Part shown: piece by piece, positions 40,329 to 59,172 of the stretch
Layout: every line of letters begins with the position of its first letter
How positions within the stretch are numbered: the first letter of the stretch is position 1
NCBI GenBank assembly: GCA_964016885.1
Contig: OZ024763.1
Coordinates: forward strand, 17,670,001-17,734,000
DNA from: Eledone cirrhosa
Lineage: Eukaryota
Length of the DNA: 64,000 nt
Reading direction: 5' to 3'
Program-made: the position numbers and the translations under genes
Notes under the pieces: generated by a model
Told to the model about the DNA's origin: nothing
Database searches by the model: none
Seen by the model: the letters and a program-made list of their open reading frames with translations, nothing else

Positions 40329-41730
40329 ACTATGGGCATGTGGTTAGAATGTCTCAGGAAAGAATCTCTGAATTGAGATATCACAGCTCTGATACTATGG
40401 GCATGTGGTTAGAATGTCTCAGGAAAGAAACTCTGAATTGAGAGATCATAGCTCCAATACTATAGGCATGTGGTTAGAATGTCTCAGGAAAGAATCTCTG
40501 AATTGAGAGATCATAGCTCCAATACTATGGACATGTGGTTAGAATGTCTCAGGAAAGAATCTCTAAATTGAGAGATCATAACTCCAATACTATGGGCATG
40601 TGGTTAGAATGTCTCAGGAAAGAATCTCTAAATTGAGAGATCACAGCTCCAATACTATGGACATGTGGTTAGAATGTCTCAGGAAAGAATCTCTAAATTG
40701 AGATATCACAGCTTCGATACTATGGACATGTGGTTAGAATGTCTCAGGAAAGAATCTCTAAATTGAGAGATCATAACTCCAATACTATGGACATGTGGTT
40801 AGAATGTCTCAGGAAAGAATCTCTAAATTGAGAGATCATAGCTCTGATACTATGGACATGTGGTTAGAATGTCTCAGGAAAGAATCTCTGAATTGAGAGA
40901 TCATAGCTCCAATACTATGGGCATGTGGTTAGAATGTCTCAGGAAAGAATCTCTGAATTGAGAGATCACAGCTCCAATACTATGGGCATGTGGTTAGAAT
41001 GTCTCAGGAAAGAATCTCTGAATTGAGAGATCATAGCTCTGATACTATGGACATGTGGTTAGAATGTCTCAGGAGAGAATCTCTGAATTGAGAGATCACA
41101 GCTCCAATACTATGGGCATGGGGTTAGAATGTCTCAGGAAAGAATCTCTAAATTGAGAGATCACAGCTCCAATACTATGGGCATGTGGTTAGAATGTCTC
41201 AGGAAAGAATCTCTGAATTGAGAGATCATAGCTCCAATACTATGGGCATGTGGTTAGAATGTCTCAGGAAAGAATCTCTGAATTGAGAGATCACAGCTCC
41301 GATACTATGGACATGTGGTTAGAATGTCTCAGGAAAGAATCTCTGAATTGAGAGATCATAGCTCCAATACTATGGGCATGTGGTTAGAATGTCTCAGGAA
41401 AGAATCTCTGAATTGAGAGATCACAGCTCCAATACTATGGGCATGTGGTTAGAATGTCTCAGGAAAGAATCTCTGAATTGAGAGATCACAGCTCCAATAC
41501 TATGGGCATGTGATTAGAATGTCTCAGGAAAGAAACTCTGAATTGAGAGATCACAGCTCTGATACTATGGACATGTGATTAGAATGTCTCAGGAAAGAAA
41601 CTCTGAATTGAGAGATCATAGCTCTGATACTATGGACATGTGATTAGAATGTCTCAGGAAAGAAACTCTGAATTGAGAGATCACAGCTCTGATACTATGG
41701 ACATGTGATTAGAATGTCTCAGGAAAGAAT
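40329..41730 (+). repeat. 65-bp tandem array (~21 copies) derived from LINE coding sequence
   Basis: Unit ACTATGGGCATGTGGTTAGAATGTCTCAGGAAAGAATCTCTGAATTGAGAGATCACAGCTCCAAT. Confidence 0.95.
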
Positions 41731-41945
41731 CACTGGACAGATTTTAAAGGCAAAACCAACCAACAGGAAACCCAGGAGTAGACCCTGAGCAAGATGGTTG
41801 GATAATATCCATGAGTTTGGCTGGTCCTGCTTGGGGATCCAGCCAGATCAGTTGGAGATGGTTGCTTCTGACAGGACCCACTGGAAGGAGTGTTTGAGGA
41901 CTCTGCCCCCACGACCCTCACAGGAATAAGTGGCTGAAGAAGACT
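41690..41945 (+). mobile_element. Expander/Rex3-like RTE LINE 3' end
   Basis: YYGHVIRMSQERITGQILKAKPTNRKPRSRP*ARWLDNIHEFGWSCLGIQPDQLEMVASDRTHWKECLRTLPPRPSQE*, then a GAAGAAGA tail. Confidence 0.8.
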
Positions 41946-41954
41946 TAGAGTAAT

Positions 41955-42310
41955 AATGCTTTCTGATTTAGGCACAAGGCCAACAATTTTAGGGGAAGGA
42001 AAAAGTCTATTAAATCGACCCCAGTGTGTTACTGGTACTTTATTTCATCGATCCCATAAGGATGAAAGACAAAGCTAACCTCGGCAGGATTTGAACTCAG
42101 AACATAAAGGGTCGTAACTATATTGGGGAAGGGCAAAGTTGATTAAATCAACCCCAGTGCATTGCTGGTACTTAATTTTATCAACCCATGGAAGGATGAA
42201 AGAAAGGCAAAGTGGACTCAGGTGGCAGTTGAACACAGAATATAAAGAGTCAGAACACATGCCACTAAGCATTTTATCCGACGCTCTACCAACTACACCA
42301 ATCCACCATC
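41955..42310 (-). mobile_element. Two diverged SINE family A copies
   Basis: ACTGGTACTT...GGATGAAAG...GGATTTGAACTC motifs. Confidence 0.7.
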
Positions 42311-42759
42311 ATGTTGTATTGCTATGCGCTATATCAAAAGATTTTAATAGTCTCTCATTAAGAATTATATTAAAGTATCTGTGATTTGAAATAATAATAA
42401 TTATTTTTATTATTACTATTATTATTATTATTATTATCATTATTATTATTGTTGTTGTTGTTGTTGTTGTTACTATTATTACTCTGTAAATTTTTCGAAA
42501 TTACTATTGAAATTGGAGTTTCATTTTAATCTTATGCTCTTAGTCATTTCTTCCAAGACAGAAGAAATAAAAAAAAAGTGATAATAAAAATAGCAGTAAT
42601 AAAATAAATAAAATTAAAAAGTATTTAAAAAAATGCCAGACAATTAATTAGTTTCATTAAATTAGAGTTTCTTACCAAACTTGAGTCATATTGGAAAATG
42701 TTAGGATTTTAGGAAATTTATAAATGTGTGTGTGTGCTATTAATTTATTCATTTATGTA

Positions 42760-44845
42760 GCTCATTTCATGCCTTATATTGTATATGTAAAACCCGAGGT
42801 ACAAGCTATGTACAGCTCATTTCATGCCTTATGTTGTATATGTGAAACCTGAGGTACAAGGTATGCACAGCTCATTTCATGCCTTATATTGTATATGTGA
42901 AACCTGAGGAACGAGGTATGCACAGCTCATTTCATGCCTTATGTTGTATATGTGAAACCTGAGGTACGAGGTATGCACAGCTCATTTCATGCCTTATGTT
43001 GTATATGTGAAACCTGAGGTACGAGGTATGCACAGCTCATTTCATGCCTTATGTTGTATATGTGAAACCTGAGGTACGAGGTATGCACAGCTCATTTCAT
43101 GCCTTATGTTGTATATGTGAAACCTGAGGTACGAGGTATGCACTGCTCATTTCATGCCTTATGTTGTATATGTGAAACCTGAGGTACAAGCTATGCACTG
43201 CTCATTTCATGCCTTATGTTGTATATGTGAAACCTGAGGTACAAGGTATGCACAGCTCATTTCATGCCTTATGTTGTATATGTGAAACCTGAGGTACGAG
43301 GTATGCACTGCTCATTTCATGCCTTATGTTGTATATGTGAAACCTGAGGTACAAGGTATGCACAGCTCATTTCATGCCTTATGTTGTATATGTGAAACCT
43401 ACGGTACAAGGTATGCACAGCTCATTTCATGCCTTATGTTGTATATGTGAAACCTGAGGTACAAGGTATGCACAGCTCATTTCATGCCTTATGTTGTATA
43501 TGTGAAACCTGAGGAACGAGGTATGCACAGCTCATTTCATGCCTTATGTTGTATATGTTAAATCTGAGGTACAAGGTATGCACAGCTCATTTCATGCCTT
43601 ATGTTGTATATGTGAAACCCGAGGTACAAGGTATGCACTGCTCATTTCATGCCTTATATTGTATATGTGAAACCCGAGGTACAAGGTATGCACTGCTCAT
43701 TTCATGCCTTATGTTGTATATGTGAAACCCGAGGTACAAGGTATGCACTGCTCATTTCATGCCTTATGTTGTATATGTGAAACCCGAGGTACAAGGTATG
43801 CACTGCTCATTTCATGCCTTATATTGTATATGTGAAACCCGAGGTACAAGGTATGCACTGCTCATTTCATGCCTTATGTTGTATATGTGAAACCCGAGGT
43901 ACAAGGTATGCACTGCTCATTTCATGCCTTATGTTGTATATGTGAAACCTGAGGTACAAGGTATGCACTGCTCATTTCATGCCTTATATTGTATATGTGA
44001 AACCCGAGGTACAAGGTATGCACTGCTCATTTCATGCCTTATGTTGTATATATGAAACCTGAGGTACAAGGTATGCACTGCTCATTTCATGCCTTATGTT
44101 GTATATGTGAAACCCGAGGTACAAGGTATGCACTGCTCATTTCATGCCTTATATTGTATATGTGAAACCCGAGGTACAAGGTATGCACAGCTCATTTCAT
44201 GCCTTATGTTGTATATGTGAAACCCGAGGTACAAGGTATGCACTGCTCATTTCATGCCTTATATTGTATATGTGAAACCTGAGGTACAAGGTATGCACTG
44301 CTCATTTCATGCCTTATGTTGTATATGTGAAACCTGAGGTACAAGGTATGCACAGCTCATTTCATGCCTTATGTTGTATATGTGAAACCTGAGGTACAAG
44401 GTATGCACAGCTCATTTCATGCCTTATGTTGTATATGTGAAACCCGAGGTACAAGGTATGCACTGCTCATTTCATGCCTTATATTGTATATGTGAAACCC
44501 GAGGTACAAGGTATGCACTGCTCATTTCATGCCTTATATTGTATATGTGAAACCTGAGGAACAAGGTATGCACTGCTCATTTCATGCCTTATGTTGTATA
44601 TGTGAAACCTGAGGAACAAGGTATGCACTGCTCATTTCATGCCTTATGTTGTATATGTGAAACCTGAGGAACAAGGTATGCACTGCTCATTTCATGCCTT
44701 ATGTTGTATATGTGAAACCTGAGGTACGAGGTTTGCACAGCTCATTTCATGCCTTATGTTGTATATGTGAAACCTGAGGTACGAGGTATGCACAGCTTAT
44801 TTCATGCCTTATGTTGTATATGTGAAACCCGAGGTACAAGCTACA
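42760..44845. repeat. 55-bp tandem array (~38 copies)
   Basis: Unit GCTCATTTCATGCCTTATGTTGTATATGTGAAACCTGAGGTACAAGGTATGCACA. Confidence 0.96.
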
Positions 44846-45231
44846 CATAAAGTATATGTATCTGTGTGTGTATTATTAATTTATTCATTTGTGAAGCTCA
44901 TTTCATGCTTTATGTTGTATATATATGAAACCTGAGGTACAAGCTATATACAAAGTGTAAGGATATTGAACACTGTTTAACTGAAAGGAGGAAAATTTTC
45001 AGTTCTTAAATTTCTTTTCTTATTTCCCAGATATTAGGAACATCAAACATTCTCTTATAGGCAGAGAATTAGCAGAGTTGTTAGAACGTTGAATAGGGGT
45101 CTTTACGGTGTTTATTCCGGGTCTCTGGGTTCAAATCCTGCTGATCTCAACTTTGCCCTTCATGTTTGATAAAAATAAGTACAAGTCTAGTACTTGGGTT
45201 TATTCTTCTTATATATCTCTTTCTCACTTCC

Positions 45232-48200
45232 ATTCTCTCTCTATCACACTCCCTCTCTATCACATTCTCTCTCTATCACATTCTCTCTCTATCACATTCT
45301 CTCTCTATCACATTCTCTCTCTATCACATTCTCTCTCAATCACATTCTCTCTCAATCACATTCTCTCTCAATCACATTCTCTCTCTATCACATTCTCTCT
45401 CTATCACATTCTCTCTCAATCACATTCTCTCTCAATCACATTCTCTCTCTATCACATTCTCTCTCTATCACATTCTCTCTATCACATTCTCTCTCTATCA
45501 CATTCTCTCTCTATCACATTCTCTCTCTATCACCTTCTCTCTCTATCACACTCTCTCTCTATCACATTCTCTCTCTATCACATTCTCTCTCTATCACATT
45601 CTCTCTCAATCACATTCTCTCTCTATCACATTCTCTCTCTATCACATTCTCTCTCTATCACATTCTCTCAATCACATTCTCTCTCTATCACATTCTCTCT
45701 CTATCACATTCTTTCTCTATCACATTCTCTCTCAATCACTTCTCTTTCTATCACATTCTCTCTCAATCACTTCTCTCTCTATCACATTTTCTCTCTATCA
45801 CATTCTCTCTCTATCACATTCTTTCTCTATCACATTCTTTCTCTATCACATTCTCTCTCAATCACATTCTCTCTCTATCACATTCTCTCTCTGTCACATT
45901 CTCTCTCTATCACATTCTCTCTCTATCACATTCTCTCTCTATCACATTCTCTCTCTATCACATTCTCTCTCTATCACATTCTCTCTCTATCACATTCTCT
46001 CTCTATCACATTCTCTCTCAATCACATTCTCTCTCTATCACATTCTCTCTCTATCACATTCTCTCTATCACATTCTCTCTCTATCACATTCTCTCTCTGT
46101 CACATTCTCTCTATCACATTCTCTCTCTGTCACACTCTCTCTCTATCACATTCTCTCTCTATCACATTCTCTCTCTATCACATTCTTTCTCTTCCATTCT
46201 CTCTATCACATTCTCTCTCTATCACATTCTCTCTCTAACACATTCTCTCTCTATCACATTCTCTCTCTATCACATTCTCTCTCTATCACATTCTCTCTCT
46301 CTATCACATTCTCTCTCTATCACATTCTCTCTCTATCACATTCTCTCCCTATCACATTCTCTCTCTATCACATTGTCTCTCTATCACATTCTCTCTCTAT
46401 CACATTCTCTCTCTATCACATTCTCTCTCTATCACATTCTCTCTCTATCACATTCTCTCTCTATCGCATTCTCTCTCTATCGCATTCTCTCTATCACATT
46501 CTCTCTCTATCACATTCTCTCTCTATCACATTCTCTCTCTATCACATTCTCTCCCTATCACATTCTCTCTCTATCACATTGTCTCTCTATCACATTCTCT
46601 CTCTATCACATTCTCTCTCTATCACATTCTCTCTCTATCACATTCTCTCTCTATCGCATTCTCTCTCTATCACATTCTCTCTATCACATTCTCTCTCTAT
46701 CACATTCTCTCTCTATCACATTCTCTCTCTATCACATTCTCTCTCTATCACATTCTCTCTCTATCACATTCTCTCTATCACATTCTCTCTCTATCACATT
46801 CTCTCTCTATCACATTCTCTCTCTATCACATTCCCTCTCTATCACATTCTCTCTATCACATTCTCTCTCTATCACATTCTCTCTCTATCACATTCTCTCT
46901 ATCACATTCTCTCTCTATCACATTCTCTCTCTATCGCATTCTCTCTCTATCACATTCTCTCTCTATCAGATTCTCTCTCTATCACATTCTCTCTCTATCA
47001 CATTCTCTCTCTATCACATTCTCTCTCTCTCTCACATTCTCTCTCTATCACATTCTCTCTCTATCACATTCTTTCTCTTCCATTCTCTCTATCACATTCT
47101 CTCTCTTCCATTCTCTCTCTATCACATTCTCTCTCTATCACATTCTCTCTCTATCACATTCTCTCTCTATCACATTCTCTCTCTATCACATTCTCTCTCT
47201 ATCACATTCTCTCTCTCTCTCACATTCTCTCTCTATCACATTCTTTCTCTTCCATTCTCTCTATCACATTCTCTCTCTATCACATTCTCTCTATCACATT
47301 CTCTCTCTATCACATTCTCTCTCAATCACATTCTCTTTCTATCACACTCTCTCTCTATCACATTCTCTCTCTATCACATTCTCTCTCTATCACACTCACT
47401 CTCTATCACATTCTCTCTCTATCACATTCTCTCTCTATCACATTCTCTCTCTATCACATTCTCTCTCTATCACATTCTCTCTCTATCACATTCTCTCTCA
47501 ATCACATTCTCTCTCTATCACATTCTCTCTCAATCACATTCTCTCTCAATCACATTCTCTCTCTATCACATTCTCTCTCTATCACATTCTCTCTCAATCA
47601 CATTCTCTCTCAATCACATTCTCTCTCAATCACATTCTCTCTCTATCACATTCTCTCTCTATCACATTCTCTCTATCACATTCTCTCTCTATCACATTCT
47701 CTCTCTATCACATTCTCTCTCTATCACCTTCTCTCTCTATCACACTCTCTCTCTATCACATTCTCTCTCTATCACATTCTCTCTCTATCACATTCTCTCT
47801 CAATCACATTCTCTCTCTATCACATTCTCTCTCTATCACATTCTCTCTCTATCACATTCTCTCAATCACATTCTCTCTCTATCACATTCTCTCTCTATCA
47901 CATTCTCTCTCTATCACATTCTTTCTCTATCACATTCTCTCTCAATCACTTCTCTTTCTATCACATTCTCTCTCAATCACTTCTCTCTCTATCACATTTT
48001 CTCTCTATCACATTCTCTCTCTATCACATTCTTTCTCTATCACATTCTTTCTCTATCACATTCTCTCTCAATCACATTCTCTCTCTATCACATTCTCTCT
48101 CTGTCACATTCTCTCTCTATCACATTCTCTCTCTATCACATTCTCTCTCTATCACATTCTCTCTCTATCACATTCTCTCTCTATCACATTCTCTCTCTAT

Positions 48201-51200
48201 CACATTCTCTCTCTATCACATTCTCTCTCAATCACATTCTCTCTCTATCACATTCTCTCTCTATCACATTCTCTCTATCACATTCTCTCTCTATCACATT
48301 CTCTCTCTGTCACATTCTCTCTATCACATTCTCTCTCTGTCACACTCTCTCTCTATCACATTCTCTCTCTATCACATTCTCTCTCTATCACATTCTTTCT
48401 CTTCCATTCTCTCTATCACATTCTCTCTCTATCACATTCTCTCTATCACATTCTCTCTATCACATTCTCTCTCTAACACATTCTCTCTCTATCACATTCT
48501 CTCTCTATCACATTCTCTCTCTATCACATTCTCTCTCTCTATCACATTCTCTCTCTATCACATTCTCTCTCTATCACATTCTCTCCCTATCACATTCTCT
48601 CTCTATCACATTGTCTCTCTATCACATTCTCTCTCTATCACATTCTCTCTCTATCACATTCTCTCTCTATCACATTCTCTCTCTATCACATTCTCTCTCT
48701 ATCGCATTCTCTCTCTATCGCATTCTCTCTATCACATTCTCTCTCTATCACATTCTCTCTCTATCACATTCTCTCTCTATCACATTCTCTCCCTATCACA
48801 TTCTCTCTCTATCACATTGTCTCTCTATCACATTCTCTCTCTATCACATTCTCTCTCTATCACATTCTCTCTCTATCACATTCTCTCTCTATCGCATTCT
48901 CTCTCTATCGCATTCTCTCTCTATCACATTCTCTCTATCACATTCTCTCTCTATCACATTCTCTCTCTATCACATTCTCTCTCTATCACATTCTCTCTCT
49001 ATCACATTCTCTCTCTATCACATTCTCTCTATCACATTCTCTCTCTATCACATTCTCTCTCTATCACATTCTCTCTCTATCACATTCCCTCTCTATCACA
49101 TTCTCTCTATCACATTCTCTCTCTATCACATTCTCTCTCTATCACATTCTCTCTATCACATTCTCTCTCTATCACATTCTCTCTCTATCGCATTCTCTCT
49201 CTATCACATTCTCTCTCTATCAGATTCTCTCTCTATCACATTCTCTCTCTATCACATTCTCTCTCTATCACATTCTCTCTCTCTCTCACATTCTCTCTCT
49301 ATCACATTCTCTCTCTATCACATTCTTTCTCTTCCATTCTCTCTATCACATTCTCTCTCTTCCATTCTCTCTCTATCACATTCTCTCTCTATCACATTCT
49401 CTCTCTATCACATTCTCTCTCTATCACATTCTCTCTCTATCACATTCTCTCTCTCTCTCACATTCTCTCTCTATCACATTCTTTCTCTTCCATTCTCTCT
49501 ATCACATTCTCTCTCTATCACATTCTCTCTATCACATTCTCTCTCTATCACATTCTCTCTCAATCACATTCTCTTTCTATCACACTCTCTCTCTATCACA
49601 TTCTCTCTCTATCACATTCTCTCTCTATCACACTCACTCTCTATCACATTCTCTCTCTATCACATTCTCTCTCTATCACATTCTCTCTCTATCACATTCT
49701 CTCTCTATCACATTCTCTCTCAATCACATTCTCTCTCTATCACATTCTCTCTCAATCACATTCTCTCTCAATCACATTCTCTCTCTATCACATTCTCTCT
49801 CTATCACATTCTCTCTCAATCACATTCTCTCTCAATCACATTCTCTCTCAATCACATTCTCTCTCTATCACATTCTCTCTCTATCACATTCTCTCTATCA
49901 CATTCTCTCTCTATCACATTCTCTCTCAATCATTCTCTCTCTATCACATTCTCTCTCTATCACATTCTCTCTCTATCACATTCTCTCTCTATCACATTCT
50001 CTCTCTCTCTCACATTCTCTCTCTATCACATTCTCTCTCTATCACATTCTTTCTCTTCCATTCTCTCTATCACATTCTCTCTCTTCCATTCTCTCTCTAT
50101 CACATTCTCTCTCTATCACATTCTCTCTCTATCACATTCTCTCTCTATCACATTCTCTCTCTATCACATTCTCTCTCTCTCTCACATTCTCTCTCTATCA
50201 CATTCTTTCTCTTCCATTCTCTCTATCACATTCTCTCTCTATCACATTCTCTCTATCACATTCTCTCTCTATCACATTCTCTCTCAATCACATTCTCTTT
50301 CTATCACACTCTCTCTCTATCACATTCTCTCTCTATCACATTCTCTCTCTATCACACTCACTCTCTATCACATTCTCTCTCTATCACATTCTCTCTCTAT
50401 CACATTCTCTCTCTATCACATTCTCTCTCTATCACATTCTCTCTCTATCACATTCTCTCTCAATCACATTCTCTCTCTATCACATTCTCTCTCAATCACA
50501 TTCTCTCTCAATCACATTCTCTCTCTATCACATTCTCTCTCTATCACATTCTCTCTCAATCACATTCTCTCTCAATCACATTCTCTCTCAATCACATTCT
50601 CTCTCTATCACATTCTCTCTCTATCACATTCTCTCTATCACATTCTCTCTCTATCACATTCTCTCTCAATCATTCTCTCTCTATCACATTCTCTCTCTAT
50701 CACATTCTCTCTCTATCACATTCTCTCTCTATCACATTCTCTCTCAATCACATTCTCTCTCTATCACATTCTCTCTCTATCACATTCTCTCTCTATCACA
50801 TTCTCTTCTATCACACTCTCTCTCTATCACATTCTCTCTCTATCACATTCTCTCTCTATCACATTCTCTCTCTATCACATTCTTTCTCTATCACATTCTT
50901 TCTCTATCACATTCTCTCTCAATCACATTCTCTCTCTCTCACATTCTCTCTCTATCACATTCTCTCTCTATCACATTCTCTCTCTATCACATTCTCTCTC
51001 TATCACATTCTTTCTCTATCACATTCTCTCTCTATCACATTCTCTCTCTATCACATTCTCTCTCTATCACATTCTTTCTCTATCACATTCTCTCTCTATC
51101 ACATTCTCTCTCTATCACATTCTCTCTCTATCACATTCTCTCTCTATCACATTCTCTCTCAATCACATTCTCTCTCTATCACATTCTCTCTCTATCACAT

Positions 51201-53262
51201 TCTCTCTCTATCACATTCTCTCTCTATCACATTCTCTTTCTATCACATTCTCTCTCTATCACATTCTCTCTCTATCACATTCTCTCTCTATCACATTCTC
51301 TCTCTATCAGATTCTCTCTCTATCACATTCTCTCTCTATCACATTCTCTCTCTATCACATTCTCTCTCTCTCTCACATTCTCTCTGTATCACATTCTCTC
51401 TCTATCACATTCTCTCTCTATCACATTCTTTCTCTTCCATTCTCTCTATCACATTCTCTCTCTTCCATTCTCTCTCTATCACATTCTCTCTCTATCACAT
51501 TCTCTCTCTATCACATTCTCTCTCTATCACATTCTCTCTCTATCACATTCTCTCTCTCTCTCTCACATTCTCTCTCTATCACATTCTTTCTCTTCCATTC
51601 TCTCTATCACATTCTCTCTCTATCACATTCTCTCTATCACATTCTCTCTCTATCACATTCTCTCTCAATCACATTCTCTTTCTATCACACTCTCTCTCTA
51701 TCACATTCTCTCTCTATCACATTCTCTCTCTATCACACTCCCTCTCTATCACATTCTCTATCACATTCTCTCTCTATCACATTCTCTCTCTATCACATTC
51801 TCTCTCTATCACATTCTCTCTCTATCACATTCTCTCTCTATCACATTCTCTCTCTATCACATTCTCTCTCTATCACATTCTCTCTCAATCACATTCTCTC
51901 TCAATCACATTCTCTCTCAATCACATTCTCTCTCTATCACATTCTCTCTCTATCACATTCTCTCTATCACATTCTCTCTCTATCACATTCTCTCTCAATC
52001 ATTCTCTCTCTATCACATTCTCTCTCTATCACATTCTCTCTCTATCACATTCTCTCTCTATCACATTCTCTCTCTATCACATTCTCTCTCAATCACATTC
52101 TCTCTCTATCACATTCTCTCTCTATCACATTCTCTCTCTATCACACTCTCTCTCTATCACATTCTCTCTCTATCACATTCTCTCTCTATCACATTCTCTC
52201 TCTATCACATTCTCTCTCTATCACATTCTTTCTCTATCACATTCTTTCTCTATCACATTCTCTCTCAATCACATTCTCTCTCTCTCACATTCTCTCTCTA
52301 TCACATTCTCTCTCTATCACATTCTCTCTCTATCACATTCTCTCTCTATCACATTCTTTCTCTATCACATTCTCTCTCTATCACATTCTCTCTCTATCAC
52401 ATTCTTTCTCTATCACATTCTCTCTCTATCACATTCTCTCTCTATCACATTCTCTCTCTATCACATTCTCTCTCTATCACATTCTCTCTCTATCACACTC
52501 TCTCTCTATCACATTCTCTCTCTATCACATTCTCTCTCTATCACATTCTCTCTCTATCACATTCTCTCTCTATCACATTCTCTCTCTATCACATTCTCTC
52601 TCTATCACACTCTCTCTCTATCACACTCTCTCTCTATCACATTCTCTCTCAATCACTTCTCTCTCTATCACATTCTCTCTCTATCACATTCTCTCTCTAT
52701 CACATTCTCTCTCTATCACATTCTCTCTCTATCACATTCTCTCTCTATCACACTCTCTCTCTATCACATTCTCTCTCTATCACATTCTCTCTCTATCACA
52801 TTCTCTCTCTATCACATTCTTTCTCTATCACATTCTTTCTCTATCACATTCTCTCTCAATCACATTCTCTCTCTCTCACATTCTCTCTCTATCACATTCT
52901 CTCTCTATCACATTCTCTCTCTATCACATTCTCTCTCTATCACATTCTTTCTCTATCACATTCTCTCTCTATCACATTCTCTCTCTATCACATTCTTTCT
53001 CTATCACATTCTTTCTCTATCACATTCTCTCTCTATCACATTCTCTCTCTATCACATTCTCTCTCAATCACATTCTCTCTCTATCACATTCTCTCTCTAT
53101 CACATTCTCTCTCTATCACATTCTCTCTCTATCACATTCTCTCTCTATCACACTCTCTCTCTATCACATTCTCTCTCTATCACATTCTCTCTCTATCACA
53201 TTCTCTCTCTATCACATTCTCTCTCTATCACATTCTCTCTCTATCACATTCTCTCTCTATCC
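45232..53262. repeat. 8-kb satellite of 16-bp unit ATCACATTCTCTCTCT
   Basis: Period 16 with 14-bp variants; explains the ~2700-aa pseudo-ORFs. Confidence 0.97.
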
Positions 53263-53401
53263 TTCTCTGGAAGAAATTGAATGTGTTCAGTCTTGGAGTG
53301 GGGATGGGTTCCACCAGATTTAAATAAACATGACAACCCAATTAACCCGTGCACACATGGAACATGGATGTTAAATGATGATGATGATGATGATGATATA
53401 T

Positions 53402-53920
53402 ATAATTGTTTCTACTTTAGGCACAAGGCCAGCAATCACCCCAGTGTATTACTGGTACTTTATTTTATCGACCTCCGTAAGGATGAAAGGCAAAGTTAAC
53501 CTCGGCGGGATTTGAACTCAGAATGGCAAGGGCCGTAACTCTATGCTGCAAAGCATGGCGTCCGATGATATATATATAATTGTTTCTACTTTAGGCACAA
53601 GGCCAGCAATTACCCCAGTGTATTACTGGTACTTTATTTTATCGACCCCCGTAAGGATAACAGGCAAAGTTAACCTCGGCGGGATTTGAACTCAGAATGG
53701 CAAGGGCCGTAACTCTATGCTGCAAAGCATGGCGTCCGATGATATATATAATTGTTTCTACTTTAGGCACAAGGCCAGCAATTATTCCAGTGTATTACTG
53801 GTACTTTATTTTATCGACCCCTTAAGGATGAAAAGCAAAGTTAACCTCGGCGGGATTTGAACTCAGAATGGCAAGGGCCGTAACTCTATGCTGCAAAACA
53901 TGGCGTCCGATGATATATAT
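53402..53920 (-). mobile_element. Tandem triplication of a 5'-truncated SINE family A copy (~173-bp period)
   Basis: Three units share the same junction GGCGTCCGATGATATATA and the variant AGAATGGCAAGGGCCG. Confidence 0.9.
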
Positions 53921-54185
53921 AATGCTCGTATATATGGCATATGAATTTTTGACTCATATTTGGCATCACTGATCCACAAGTGTATCATCATCATCATCAA
54001 CGTCATTTTACCTCTCTACGTCCGCTTTTCCTTGCTTGCAAGGCTGGGACGGGGTGGAGGGGGACGGGTCTCCCTCAGCACAGCATCTTTCCATTCACCA
54101 CAGTCTTTCATCATCTCCTCTCTGAGGTCAGCTCTCACCACCTCCGCCCATATGTTTCTATCTCTTTCTCTCTCTATATATATAC

Positions 54186-54216
<31 letters not shown>

Positions 54217-54267
54217 TACATATATATATATATATATACACACACATGCACATATATATATATATGT

Positions 54268-54620
54268 GGAGGCACATGGCTTAGTGGTTAGAGCATTTGC
54301 CTTGCAATCGAAAGGTTGTGAGTTCAATTCTTAGACCGGGTGATGTGTTGTATCCTTGAGCAAGACACTTTATTTCACATTGTTCCAGTTTACTCAGCTG
54401 TAGAAATGAGATGATAGGGACTGGGGTCCCTATCATTCCACTGCAAAGTGGTCGTGGAGGTGCCACGGCAAAAAAGCACCCAGCACTCACTGTAAATGAG
54501 GTTGGTGTTAGGAAGGGCATCCAGCTGTAGAAATCGAGCCAGAATCAGTTCTCGTCCCACCCTTGCAAGCAGGAAAAAAGCGGACGTAAAATGAAATGAT
54601 GATGATGATGGTGATGATTA
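54268..54620 (+). mobile_element. SINE family B
   Basis: Full-length match to the family. Confidence 0.85.
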
Positions 54621-54837
54621 TGATATATATATAGTTTATTAGTTCACCAGTTTGAGAGCACTTGATGCCTATGTGCATCATTGAGGAATTCACAAGTCTG
54701 ATGATCTATTGATTCCAGAGTCTGGCACAATCAATACCAATCGTACATTGAGCTGATCAATTACAAAATGAGCTTCATAATTGAATAAACATAATGGTGT
54801 TTTGTTACCTCGTTTCTACACATTATTAACTTACCCA

Positions 54838-55027
54838 TGGCCAGTGGACTGGCAGTATCGGTAGAGGGTCGGACGCCATGCTTTGACGCATAGAGTTACG
54901 GCCCTTGCCATTCTGAGTTCAAATCCCGCCGAGGTTAATTTTGCCTTTCATCCTTACGGGGTCGATAAAATAAAGTACCAGTAATGTACTGGGTTATTGC
55001 TGGCCTTGTGCCAAAAGTATAAAAAAT

Positions 55028-55030
<3 letters not shown>
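54838..55030 (+). mobile_element. SINE family A
   Basis: Same subfamily variant as the 53402 triplet, opposite strand. Confidence 0.85.

Positions 55031-59172
<4,142 letters not shown>

Noticed and set aside
45108-53323. ORFs of about 2700 aa
   Set aside because: They are translations of a 16-bp satellite that lacks stop codons; overlapping frames are open with the same periodic peptide.
54268-54340. tRNA-like sequence
   Set aside because: It is a SINE head with A and B boxes that continues into the SINE body; no proper cloverleaf acceptor stem.
54690-54755. CTGATGA followed by a TATTGATT/AATCAATA stem
   Set aside because: No GAAA follows the stem; at best a decayed hammerhead.
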